From Octopus vulgaris (lineage: Eukaryota), in the NCBI GenBank assembly GCA_951406725.2, contig OX597836.1, forward strand, positions 26,908,001 to 26,972,000: DNA of 64,000 bases, written 5' to 3'. Below the pieces are notes generated by a model. That model saw nothing but the letters and a program-made list of their open reading frames with translations, did not search any database and was not told the DNA's origin. Of the stretch, positions 13,393 to 25,430 are shown one piece after another. Made by a program: the position numbers and the translations under genes. Numbering within the stretch: position 1 is the stretch's first letter; every line of letters starts with the position of its first letter.

Positions 13393-14848
13393 TGCCTTGT
13401 GGTGTTATATCTCTTTACATTCTGAATTTTAATCCCACCGAAGAAGACTACCATTCATCCTTCTGAGGTCTATAAGAGTAATTAGCCATTAAATACTGGG
13501 CTAGATTATAGTTGACTAATTAGTTAATGAGATGGACATAGCATAGATAATAGAGCAGAGAGGATTAGCCTAATTGCAGTATTAAAATTCATGTTGCACA
13601 TTTCCGAGTTCAAATCACACAGGAAGCCGTTAACTTAAACAGGATCGACTCCACGGGATTGTGACTAGATTTATTAACCCCTTTAGCACTCGGATTATTC
13701 TGCGAAATGGAATACTTATTCCTTTGCATTGTTTTGAATTGACTGCATGTTCTCTTCTAGCTTTGGAATTTCAGTGATGTGATTAGTTTATCTTTAGAAT
13801 GACATTGTAGGGTAGGTGTGAGAGGCTGGATCTGGCCAGTTTGAACAGGTAGAATATTTTGGCAGGTTTAAATGCTAAAGGGGTTAATTAATTGACCAAG
13901 AACAAAAGGAGTTGTCAGCAGTTATTGGAGCACCAGACTAGATGCCTTTAGTTAGTGTCACCTCTGATTCCTGTCCTAATTCTAAATACATCCAGGATAG
14001 TGGAATGATAGAAATACAAAAACCTATAATCTGTAACTCCATTCCAATAATTAACCTTGTTGTTTGACTTGTGAGACATAGCAGCTAAATCTCCCTCAGA
14101 TCACACTCTAGTAATTTAAAAAAATAAAAAGGGACACATTGAATAATGTAGATATATACAATTCTAATTAGGGAGTCCCCTGTCCTTAATTCACCCAGAA
14201 CATTCTCAATATTTGCAATGGTCTTTTCTGCTAGTTGGTGGGGCACGTTGAGAAGTCCCTGTCTATTTTTATACAAGGACATAAAAGAAGTGAAATTATT
14301 ACAACTGGGATGACACGATCAGATCACAGACTCAGCTCACCAAATTATTCCATTATATACGTGTGTATATATATATATATATATCTTTTGGCTGACAAAG
14401 TGTTTGCCTTAGTTGATGGCAACAACCATGGTGAGCTTTTCAAAGGTTGTGTTGTGGTGGTGGTATGAGCTGAGTCTGTGACCTAGTTTGTTATTCCTGG
14501 TGTTATCTTACAAAGCCAACCATTAACATCATATCTTCTCATTTCTTCAGTAAAAAAAAAAAAATCCAACTCTGGCCTATTTTTGTCTAAAATCAGAATC
14601 AACCCTATTGACCTGTGGTCAAATTTCTTTTAGACAAAACATACCCCTGGCCTCTCCCTTTCTCATCACTGGATCAATATAAATGATATACCTTGCAAGC
14701 AGTCTCCATTAAACACAAATATTTTACCTCAGTTTTTTTTTCCCATCATTTCATTGTAAATAAATAAAGTGGAAAAGTATGCATACTTTTGTTTATTTTT
14801 ATATATAACAGTTTTGTTATGTATAAAATCTGTCTATATATATATATA

Positions 14849-15036
14849 CAGTAATCCCTTGCCATATTGCAATTCGCCTATCGTGGTTTATTACTTAAGC
14901 TTACGCCGATTCCTCTGTGGTGTTGTTTTGCATTTATAATTAAAAAAATATACAATACAGTAGTTTTTACTTCATGGATTTTCACCTATTGCAGGGGTTT
15001 TGGAACCTAACACCTGTAATAGTTGAGGGATTACTG
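14849..15036. mobile_element. Tc1/mariner (Tigger/pogo-like) MITE; related copy at 48843-49029
   Basis: ta|cagtaatccct ... agggattactg|ta, giving TIRs with a TA TSD. Confidence 0.75.
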
Positions 15037-15182
15037 TATGTATGTATATATATATATATATATATTTTGTTGAGGAATAATTCAGGAGCAATTTTTCAAA
15101 TCTAAAAATGCATGCAGAAATAAAATGTTTGATGTTATTTGAAAGATAATTTTTTGCTCTACAGATAATGTTTCGATTTTTG

Positions 15183-15783
15183 TGTATTTTCAGATCATTA
15201 AAATGGAATGTCAAGTGGACAAAATAGCATTTTTGACACCATTTGCTTTTTGCATTTAATCAAGGTGTTAAGGCTGCAGAAGCTGCTCATGAGATTTGTG
15301 CTGTGTATGGATGGAGAAAGAGCAATGCCTCAAAGTGCTGCCCACTGTTGGTTTTCACAATTCAAAAATGAGAATTTTGACCTCAATAATGGATCACATG
15401 CCGATCGACCAATTGAGTTTGATGAAGAGCGATTGAATCAGCTTCTTCACAAAAATCCACGTCAAACGACCAGAAAATTGGCAGAGCAGAGGGATGAAAA
15501 AAAAAAAAAACTGTGGTGAACCACCTTCACTCAATGGGCAAGGTTCATTGAACTCAATTTGTCGACTGGTGTGTGATGAGTCCTTGCAGTCAAAATTTCC
15601 ATTTTTGAAGTGCAAAGCAACAGTGGGTGGTACTTTGAGGCATTGCTCCTTCTCCATACACAACACAAATCTAACAAACAATTTTGGCGGCTTTAACACT
15701 TCAATTGAATGCAAAAAGCAAATGGTATTAAAAGTGCTCAATTTTGTCCACTTGACATTCCATTTTAATGATCTGAAAATACA
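15183..15783. mobile_element. two inverted mariner transposase 5' fragments (HTH region) forming a fold-back
   Basis: The + arm reads HLLFAFNQGVKAAEAAHEICAVYG...WFSQFKNENFDL...RPIEFDEERLNQLLHKNPRQTTRKLAEQ, a Mos1-type HTH with frameshifts; 15544-15783 is a diverged reverse complement of 15183-15426. Confidence 0.85.
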
Positions 15784-15961
15784 TTGGCCGCAGTCAAAGG
15801 ACTGAAACAAGTAAAAAAAATGAAAGATATCACACATATATAGATACATACCTTCACATCATACAAGCATACAGATACACACACAAAAAAAACATGAAGT
15901 CTTAGAAAGGAATGAAAATATAAAACTTTTACTTAAAATAAATACTAAATCCATCGTTGTG

Positions 15962-16207
15962 TCAAAGTGACACCTGCTGGTTGATGGTATTGGATAGGTG
16001 TGTATGAGAGTGTGCAAGGCTGTGTCTGTCAGCGTCAATGGTAGAATTAATACATGTATCACCATCTCCTTTCTTCTCTTGTTCTGTTCCATTACATTGG
16101 CCATTGACCATATTAGGTGTGGACCCTCCACAGCAAGAATCCGAAGTCTGACAGCAGCCATTGTCTCCTGCTGTTTCTACTTTTAAAGCTGACAATTTTT
16201 CCTCCAT
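15962..16207 (-). CDS. CTU1: CTU1 probable terminal exon 15 (MEEKLSALKVETAGDNGCCQTSDSCCGG...QQVSL*); full CDS is 1206 nt, 401 aa
   Basis: Acceptor ttgcag ends 16208; phase 0 matches exon 14; 81 open codons to TGA. I recognise no family motif here, so it is less certain than exons 1-14. Confidence 0.72.
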   Translation of the reverse strand: MEEKLSALKVETAGDNGCCQTSDSCCGGSTPNMVNGQCNGTEQEKKGDGDTCINSTIDADRHSLAHSHTHLSNTINQQVSL

Positions 16208-17722
16208 CTGCAATTTCAACATGAAAACAAAGATTCATTTAAAAAAAAGAACTTCAGGAAACAACTTATTAAAAATATGTCATATATTTACCATCCGATC
16301 GTGGCTGTTGCCAGTTTCGCCTGGCCCCCGTGCTGGTGGCACGTAAAAAGCACCATCCGATCGTGACTGTTTTCCAGCCTCCCCTGGCACTTGTGCCGGT
16401 GGCACGTAAAAGCACCTGCTACACTCACGGAGTGGTTGGCGTTAGGAAAAGCATCCAGCCGTAGAAACATTGCCAGATCAGACTGGGCCTGGTGCAGCCT
16501 TCTGGCTTCACAGACCCCAGTTGAACCGTCCAACCCATGCTAGCATGGAGAATGGACGTTAAACGATGACGATGAATAATACGAAAAATAATAAAAAAGA
16601 GAGAAAAAGATTCCTGGATTTGCTTTAATCTTTTAGAGGCAAACCTACAGAAGACAACCTTTCTATGTGACACACAAAAGAATGATGACAATCAATATTT
16701 TCCCATGCTGGCATGAGTCAAACAACTTGATAAGTATTGGCAAGCTGGAGAGCAACAGTATGCTCCGGTTGTCTGTTTTGGAATGGTTTTTATGATTGGA
16801 TTCGCTTCCTAACACCAACCACTTCACATAGTGTATTGGGTGCTTTTAATGTGGCACCATGAGTGTTCAGATTATTCTGTCAAATGTGATATTTATTTAT
16901 TTATATTGTTTTGAATTAATCATGCATTATCTTGTAATTTTAGAGATTTCAGTGATGCTATTTTTTAGTTTTAGAACGACATGGTAGGGCTGAGGTGAGA
17001 GGCGAGAGCTGGTCAGTTTCAATATAAAACAGGTTAAATATTTTGGCCGGATATGGCCGGTTTGAATGCCAAAGGGTTAATGTGGCACAAACATGAGGGC
17101 TTTTAATGTGGCATCAGTACAGGTGCTTCTAACAATGTTAATGATGTTATTGAAAATTTTGTAAAACAAAATATCTTAAAAGTCTTTTATGGATCTTTAC
17201 CATTTTTTTTTTTACGCTGTTAATTGAGTTTAGCAGTTGAGATATTTGTGGGTTTGATTTCTGGCGGAACAATGTGTCCTTGAGCAAGACACTTTATTTC
17301 AAGCTGCTCCAGTCCACTCACCTAGCAGAAGTGGGTTGTACCTGTATTTCTAAGGGTCGACCCTGGCAGAATTTGAACTCTGAGCATAGTGACGGGCAAA
17401 ATACTGCTAAGCATTTTGTCCTGTGTGTTAACAACTCTGCCAGCTCACTACCTTAGTAATTAATAATAATAATAATAATGGTTTCAAATGTTTTGGGTGG
17501 GGATAAGTCAATTACATCGATTTGTTTTACTGACCCTGAAACGACCTTGGCAGAATTTGAACTCGGATCAGAAAAGCAGACAAAAATGTTAGTAAGCATT
17601 TTGCCTGGTGTGCTAATAAGTCTGCCAGCTCCCTGCCACCTTAATAATATTAATAATAATAATAAGTTACACGCAAATGTAAGAGATCTGAAACAAAGTG
17701 AACGAATAAAGTTAACACTCAC

Positions 17723-17759
17723 CTTTCGTCGTTCTTTGTGTGTTTTGCCAATTCCGAGC
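17723..17759 (-). CDS. CTU1: CTU1 exon 14 (RLGIGKTHKERRK)
   Basis: 37 nt; P.LGIGK continuation across the junction; donor GTGAGT. Confidence 0.9.
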
Positions 17760-19117
17760 CTGACAAAAAAAAACAACAAAAAAACACATCATGTATTGAA
17801 AGACCAGGAGAAACAAAAGAAAAATAAACCCAGTCAACCCACTGTTAACTTCTGCTTCCATTTCTGCCTAATTTATCAACAGAGAATCGAGCCATCTTAC
17901 TTTCTGGGAAAGTGACCAGTTGTGATGTTCATCGACCACATTCGGATGGTGCTTTTTTACGAACCAGCAATATAAAGGGAGAAATTTGACAAGACAGTCA
18001 GTCACCAGCTGACACTCGCTGACGATACATCGAAGAGGCCAGGGAACAGAAGAAAGAAGACATGCACCCAACACCAGAGCTGAAGACACCTCCGAAAGGG
18101 GGGGCCCCCGCCACGTCAAAACGGTAGAGGAGTAGGGGCCGAAACCGGACGTGGTTCCTTCTGATGATGTCTTGAGCTAACTGGATCCTATAAAGGAGCT
18201 GTTGTGGTAGCAGACCATGAAACACGGTTGTAATTCCCCTAGATCATAGATGCATAGTTGGAAAGGAGTCCAGCAGTTTTACTCCAGCTGAATGGATTGT
18301 CTCCGGTGCATATTAGGAAGGTTGGCGTTGTCAAAAGTCCATCGTGCTAGCAAGGATCAGACAGAGTTCTGTGGCTGGATGTCCTTCCTGTCACCAACCC
18401 TTGTATTCAAGAAAGCTAATATTCCCCCATGGCCGGACATGTTTTCCTAGAATATAGGGGAAATGAATAACATTCGTTTATCACAAGGATGCACACACAC
18501 ACCCATAGTTACATAATGGTCTTCTTTCAGTTCCTGTCTACCAAATCCACTCTGTCCCCTGCTACTGCTTGACAACCAGTGTTGGTGTGTTTATGTTCCC
18601 ATAGTTTAGTGGTTTGACAAGAGAGACTGATAGAGGCTTAGAAAATAAGTGCTGGGATTGATTCATTCAGCTAAAAATTCCTCAAGGTGGTGCCCCAGCA
18701 TGGCTGCAGTCTAATGACTGAAACAAGTAAAAGATAAAAGATATATTTGTGGGTGTGTGAAATGGACACTACTTTAATATTAATGAATAGTTGTCCAAAG
18801 GGGTCTAGTGCTGTCCACAAATGTCCATTTCCTTGGGTTGAAGAAAGGTTTTGCAAGAAAAATTCAAAAGAGATGCCATGAAGGGTCTGCTAAAAGGGTT
18901 GCTCTCTTTTTTTAAGGGGTTGGTAGATTTACTGTGGGTCTAATTCAGCATCACTACTCAACCCATGGGCCCTTTTATTGGGGTCCACACAGTTGTAAGT
19001 ATACGGGCCATGTCCTTTTCTTTCACCAGTGTCAGAATCTCTGAAAAGGGATCAAGGTATATAAGGATATTGCCCTTCCTACTATGAACGAACCATTGAA
19101 AGCAAATGTCACTTTAC

Positions 19118-19205
19118 CTTGGGACTCCTTTGTTAAGACCTTCAAGAAGGACACAGGCTTTGCATACGGGTTGGCTGGACATGAAATGACATCGACTGCA
19201 TGTTC
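19118..19205 (-). CDS. CTU1: CTU1 exon 13 ([29 protein letters not shown])
   Basis: 88 nt; C-terminal zinc ribbon CxxC...CKAC.LLEGLN. Confidence 0.95.
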
Positions 19206-19805
19206 CTGCAAAAACAGAGCGTCACAGGTTGTTATTGCTGTTGTTGTTGCAAAAAGAATTTTATAAATATATAACAAACTGGTTTGTTTTTAAATTGCTG
19301 TGTGTGGTGAGGACGCATAATGCCCCAGGGTGTTTTTGTACATTTTTGAAACTAGAATTGGAAACAAAAGCTGAAGAGGGCATGGGACCGAAGTGATGAA
19401 AGTTGAGTACTGTGACATGTGGCACCATGCTGCAGGGAATAATCTACACCACATGTGTGTCTGACTGACTCAGTTCAATTCCCAAATGCCTAAATGAAGC
19501 TGAGAATACTGGGACATCAATTATTTTACAGGAATACATCATTAATGTTTTAACATTCACTTTTCCATGCAGGCATGGATACAGATGGATGCTCTTCTCT
19601 CCAAACCTCACTTGAGATTCCTAGTAAGGCAGCATTTCCCCCACTTGCCCTTCACTACAAGCAGCCAAACTGGGATTCATCCAAAAGATATTTGAATTAG
19701 AGTTATTTGACAAGATGCTTAGCTCAGAAATCAGGGAGTCTCTCGAAGTCGAGCTATTACTCCTCCTCACTGAGAGGGTCACAGCTCTAGTACTGCGTAC
19801 ATGTA

Positions 19806-19956
19806 CTGTATTTTAACATGTATAAGGAACCCCCTAATTTTTGGGGTTAAAAATCTGGAAAAAAAGGTATTATGATACTATCCATTATAAGAAACACCCA
19901 TGTTTTTTAAACCTAATTTTGACAAAAAAGGGTTCCTTATACACGTTAAATTACGG
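19806..19956. mobile_element. pogo-like MITE with TA TSD
   Basis: ta|ctgtattttaacatgtataaggaaccc ... gggttccttatacacgttaaattacgg|ta. Confidence 0.7.
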
Positions 19957-20434
19957 TAATTAGAATGTTGCATGAAGAATTGTAAGACATATTCTTCAAG
20001 ACAAACCAATTGGCAGGGGGCCTAGGGGTTGACCAAGAATATGATGGTGGGATAATATCCATAGCCTCAGCTGGTTTCTCTTGGGCTTCCAACCAGAAAG
20101 TCTGAAGAGGGTTGTTTCTGATAAGGCCCCCAAGAGAAGGTGCCAGAGGACTCAACCCCCATGGTCCTTCCCATGAATTGATGGATGTCAGTTCACACAA
20201 ATTCAAGACATATACTCTTAAGAGAGAGACAGCAGAGGTGTCAACCCAGCAAGACAGGGAAGATCTGCTGTAGAGGATCTGGATCCAAATACACCCTTTG
20301 TTAGAATATAGTAAATTAGGAGGCAGATTCTGTTGAGGTGGCTTAATGGAATGGTCAGAAGACCAAGATGTGAGAGGATGGGGTGGTGACGAATAAAAAT
20401 TAAATTACAGCAAAATGGTGATAGGTTTACTTAC

Positions 20435-20494
20435 TTTGGACTGGAAGTTTTATCTGTTTCTTAATAGCAAGACTTTCTCCAGAATGGATGATAT
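20435..20494 (-). CDS. CTU1: CTU1 exon 12 (DIIHSGESLAIKKQIKLPVQ)
   Basis: 60 nt; DIIHSGE motif; donor GTAAGT. Confidence 0.94.
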
Positions 20495-21120
20495 CTGAGT
20501 TAAAGATAACACTCTATAAATATATTTATTACACGAGATGTAAGAAGATAAATATATCATTATCGTTTTAATGTCCACTTTTCCATGCTCTCATGGATCA
20601 GAGGGAATTTGTTGAAATGGATTTTCTACAGCTGGATGCTCTTCCTGTCACTAAACTTCACCTGTTTCCAAGTAAGGTAATATTTCCCCATGGCCAGACA
20701 TGTCTTCATGAAGGACACCACTTGCACAACAGAGACATTCATTTACAATCATCATATAAAGCCAAATCAAAAAGACAGTAACACACACACACTCGACAGG
20801 CTTTGATGTTTCGAGCCTAAGCTCTTCAACAGAAAGGATTAAAAGGGAAAAAAAACAGAGAGAGAGAAAGTGTTTGGGGATGAAACATGATGAAATGGCC
20901 AGAAAAAAGAGGCTGCCAACCAAATCCACTTGCAAAGCTTTGTTTTGTCAGCCCTGGGCTAACTTAGAAGACACTTGTTCCAGGTGCCATGCAGTGGGAC
21001 TGAACCCAGAAACATGCGATTAGGAAGCAAACTTTTAACCGCACAACAATGCCTGCATTTCCACAGGCCTCTTTTTTCTGGCCATTTCATCATGTTCCAT
21101 CATGTTTTTCCCTTTTAGTC

Positions 21121-21156
21121 CTTTCTGTTGAAGAGCTTAGGCTCGAAACATCAAAG
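21121..21156 (+). ncRNA. hammerhead-like motif with variant core CUGUUGA; inverted twin at 20801-20836 and relative at 28851-28886
   Basis: cttt-CTGTTGA-a-gagc[ttag]gctc-GAAAC-ATC^aaag. Confidence 0.45.
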
Positions 21157-21930
21157 ACATTTCCATTTTTCCTGAGTGTTAAACTAATACACCTGCTTGT
21201 TGTTCTTTCACCTGTCTTCATCTTTTGTTTTCTGTAAATTTGAACTATATATATATATATAGGTGTGAACAGTCAAGAGATGGCACTCTGTTAGTTACGA
21301 CGACGAGGGTTCCAGTTGATCCGATCAATGGAACAGCCTGCTCGTGAAATTAACGTGCAAGTGGCTGAGCACTCCACAGACATATGTGCCCTTAATGTAG
21401 TTCTCGGGGAGATTCAGTGTGACAAAGCTGGCCCCTTTGAAATACAGGTACAACAGAAACAGGAAGAAAGAGTGAGAGAAAATTGTGATGAAAGAGTACA
21501 GCAGGGTTCACCACCACCCCTTGCTGGAGCCTTGTGGAGCTTTAGGTGTTTTCGCTTGATAAACACTCACAACGCCCGGTCTGGGAATTGAAACCGCGAT
21601 CCTACGACCATGAGTCTGCTGCCCTACCCACTGGGCCATTGTGCCTCCACATACATATAATATATATGTGCACTGTTAATATATTTCACTGAACAGCAAG
21701 TAGATCTGAATGAATGAATGTGTGTGTGTGTTGTGATAAAAATGTTTTGTTAGTTAATGACTACTATTTTTTTTCATTTTTACATTCTGAGTTGAAATCC
21801 AGCTGAGGTCAACTGCAACCTTCTGTTGATAAAATGGCGAACTAGTCATACATTTGGGTTTGTATCAATGACTGGACTCTCTCAAATTCCTTCTCACCAT
21901 CTTAAAAAAATAAAAAAGTAACAACACCCT

Positions 21931-21961
<31 letters not shown>

Positions 21962-21962
<1 letters not shown>

Positions 21963-22235
21963 GAGGCGCAATGGCCCAGTGGTTAGGGCAGCGGACTCGC
22001 GGTTTCGATTCCCAGACCAGGCATTGTGAGTGTTTATCGAGCGAAAACACCTAAAGCTCCACGAGGCTCCGGCAGGGGGTGGTGGCGATCCCTGCTGTAC
22101 TCTTTTGCCACAACTTTCTTCTATTGGCCTGCTCGCTTAGCCAGCAGGGTGGCATCATTTGAAGGCTAAAACAATGCAAAGCGCTTTGTGATCAGCGATG
22201 TGTAGCAACATCTGATAGCCTGGTCGATCACGGTT
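21962..22235 (+). mobile_element. tRNA-derived SINE family C (head ggaggcgcaatggcccagtggttaggg); other copies at 21280-21650 (-), 29901-30172, 50993-51275
   Basis: A box tggcccagtggtta, B box ggtttcgattccc; body shared between copies. Confidence 0.8.
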
Positions 22236-22380
22236 ATATATATATGTATGTATGTATGTATACCTACTTTATCAAATAAAAACGAGATGGTCCCAGCTGG
22301 CACACTTTGGATCATATGCCAGTCTACTGGATCAGGACTGACCTAGGACCAATTAACAACTTTAATAAAATCTTACTCAC

Positions 22381-22439
22381 CAATAATTGAGCTGGGTCGA
22401 ATGATTTCTAGGTCCTTGATATATGCACGAGCAAAACCC
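22381..22439 (-). CDS. CTU1: CTU1 exon 11 (GFARAYIKDLEIIRPSSII)
   Basis: 59 nt; G.AR..IKDLE..RP motif; donor GTGAGT. Confidence 0.94.
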
Positions 22440-23215
22440 CTGAATAAAGAAAAAAATAGAATAAAAACAAAATGAATTAATTCAATATTTATTTATAAAA
22501 AAGGTATTGGCAAACTTCTGTTGACTCTTTCACCACAACTTTCTCCTCCTGCATCTAGCAGCTCACCTGAGATGGACTGGCATCCCATCCAGGTGATTAA
22601 CCTATACACCAATGAAACCGGCCCTTATGAGACAGGCATGGCTTGAGAAGGAACAAACACACGCTATCCCAGTTGCAACCCAACCCAAATAACTGAGAGT
22701 CCGTACAAGCAGAGTGGACAACAGGTGGAATATTGGTTTCACACTTTGGCACAAGGCCACTAACTTCAACGGAGAGTGATAGTCCAGTACTCAACTGGTA
22801 CTTATTTTATTCATCTTGAAAGGATTAAAGCAAAGTCAACCTTGATGGAGTTTGAACTCAGAATATAAAGATTAGCAGCATTTTGCTCAGAGTGCTAACG
22901 ATTCTGCCAGCTCATTGTCTCGAGAAATATTGAGTTAATAGAACCATTTGTTATTTCTTTATAGCCCACAAGGGGCTAAACATAAGAGGGGACAAACAAG
23001 GACAGACAAAGGGATTAAGTCGATTACATTGGACCCCCAGTTCGTAACTGGTACTTAATTTATCGACCTAGAAAGGGTGAAAGGCAAATTCGACCTCGGC
23101 GAAATTTGAACTCAGAATGTAACGGTAGACAAAATACCGCTAAGCATTTCACCCGGCGTGCTATCGTTTCTGCCAACTCACCTGAATTAAAGAACCGTTT
23201 GTGTTGATGACTTAC

Positions 23216-23281
23216 CTGTAGGCATTGGGAGAGTATATACACTCAGTGGAGAAGTAATCCAGTTTCTTAAAGTAAGCATAC
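23216..23281 (-). CDS. CTU1: CTU1 exon 10 ([22 protein letters not shown])
   Basis: 66 nt; YA.FKKL.YFSTEC.Y.P.AYR motif; donor GTAAGT. Confidence 0.96.
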
Positions 23282-24313
23282 CTGAATGGAACAAAGGTAG
23301 ACAATTATTAGTTATTTCATTATTTTTGTAATCAAATCAGTTATTTACTAATTAAGTCAATGAATTAATCATTTCAGTAATGAAGTTAGTTATTTGAATA
23401 GGAGTGAAAAGCATCATTCGAGTGCGGTTGATGCCAGTAAGAGGTAAGGAAGAGGAGCATTCAGTCAGTTACGACGACAAGGGTCCCAGCTGATACGATC
23501 AACGGAACAGCTTGCTTGTAAAATTTATGTCCAAGTGGCTGAGCACTCCACAGACTTGTATATCCTTAATGCAGTCCTCGGGGAGATTCAGCATGACACA
23601 GAGTGTGACAAGGCTGGCCCTTTGAAATACAGGTACTACTCATTTTTACCAGCTGAGTGGACAGGAGCAACTTGAAATAAAGTGTCTTGCTCAAGGACAC
23701 AACACGTCGCCAGGAATTGAACTCACAACCTTATGATTGTGAGCCGATTGCACTAACCACTAAGTCACAATGCCAGTGGCATGTAAAAAGTACCCAGTAC
23801 ACCCTTGGAGTGGTTGGCATTAGGAAGGGTATCCAGCTGTAGAAACCTTGCCAGATCAGATTGGAGCCTGGTGCAGCCTCCTGGCTTGCCAGCCCTCAGT
23901 CAAACCATCCAACACATGCCAGCATGGAAAGCAGACGTTGAATGATGATGATGATGATGATGTGGCTGTGTGGTAAGAAGCTTGTTCCCCAACCACATGA
24001 TTCCGGGTTCAGTTTCACTACATGGCTCCTTGGGCAAGTGTCTTCTACAAAAGCCCTGGACCAACCAAACTCTTGTGAGGGGATTTGGTAGACGGAAACT
24101 GAAAGAAGCCTGTCATATATATATATATTTATGTGAGTGGGTGTCTTTGTGTCTGTGTTTGACCCCCACCATTGCTTGACAACCGATGTTAGTGTGGTTA
24201 TGTCCCTGAAACTTAACGGTTTGGCAAAAGCAACCGATAGAATAAGTACTAGGCTTACAAAGAATGACATTATTTACACTTGATGGGTATTTGTCATCAT
24301 CTCGTTTGTTGTT

Positions 24314-24359
24314 AACACAATGTTTCGGCTGATATACCCTCCAGCCTTCATCAGGTGTC
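24314..24359 (-). ncRNA. minimal hammerhead motif of the same family, sense to CTU1 intron 9
   Basis: The - strand reads gacac-CTGATGA-a-ggctg[gagggtatat]cagcc-GAAAC-ATT^gtgtt; a G>A change in stem III. Confidence 0.65.
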
Positions 24360-25365
24360 TTGGGAAAATTTTGAACCTGGATTCTCATTCCTAAGGTAGT
24401 GATGTAGTGGTTAAGAGCGTGGTCTACTAACCCCAAGATTCTGAGTTCAATTCTAAGCAGTGACCTGAATAATAATAATAATAACATCGAAAAATACTTT
24501 AGGAAAGAGAACCCAGGTTCGAAATTTCCCCCAAGACACCTGATGAAGGCTGGAGGGTATATCAGCCAAAATATGTTAACAACAAACAAGATGAGGACAA
24601 ATATCCGTCAAATGTAAATAATATCGACCTACCAGCATATACAGCTGGAGGGATATTGAGATCATTAATGGATGATCTGGTCTTTGTTAAGTCAACATCG
24701 GGATCCTATCCAGAAGAAACACAACATGGCACCTTGGGCAGATTGGAACACATGACCTATGAGCAGGTAGTCCAATACCTTCACCACTGGGCCAGCTCAC
24801 CTTTCACACTGAAACTGGTAGAATTAAGTGGTGGTGGTGGTAGTGATGCTGCTGCACCACCACCCTCCTCTTCCTCACTGCACAATGAAATGTCACATCA
24901 TTGGATTTGATCCTCAGAAGCATGACTTAACACTCCATTACTCTATCCACTTATATTCTGATTGATTAGTCAGAGAAACAAGAGAAGAATCCATGCCCTT
25001 CAGAGTTAAAGTTAAGACCAAAGCATTTAATCTGGTGCTTTACTATTTTAGGCAAGTCATAAGATTAAAAAGTTATGACTGTCTTAAAATGTTTAGTCTT
25101 GGCTTAATCCTATGACGCCATGCAACAGTTTTAGTTCAAAATGTTATGCAATGGCTCAGTGTTAAGATGTATAATAAGCTCAGTCTTCAGATGTTACACA
25201 AGTCTTGGTCTTAAGATGTATGACAGCCTTAGTCTTAAGATGTTATACAATGACTTTAGTCTTAAGATGTATAATAGGTCTTATTTGATAACTTTGTCCT
25301 AAGATGTTAAGCAATGACTCTGTTATGTAATGACAATATTTAAAAAATGTTCTGAAATGGCTTAC

Positions 25366-25430
25366 ATGACAATCTCCTTTTCATAGGTGTATTTCAGAGG
25401 TTTACAACGTGGTAGCATTCCTTCAGAAGC
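25366..25430 (-). CDS. CTU1: CTU1 exon 9 (ASEGMLPRCKPLKYTYEKEIVM)
   Basis: 65 nt; PRCKPLKY.YEKEIVM motif; poly-T acceptor tract. Confidence 0.95.

Noticed and set aside
17840-18360. GC-richer stretch in CTU1 intron 13 as a possible extra exon or nested gene
   Set aside because: Exons 13 and 14 join in frame without it and I recognise no motif; it is probably an unclassified repeat fragment.
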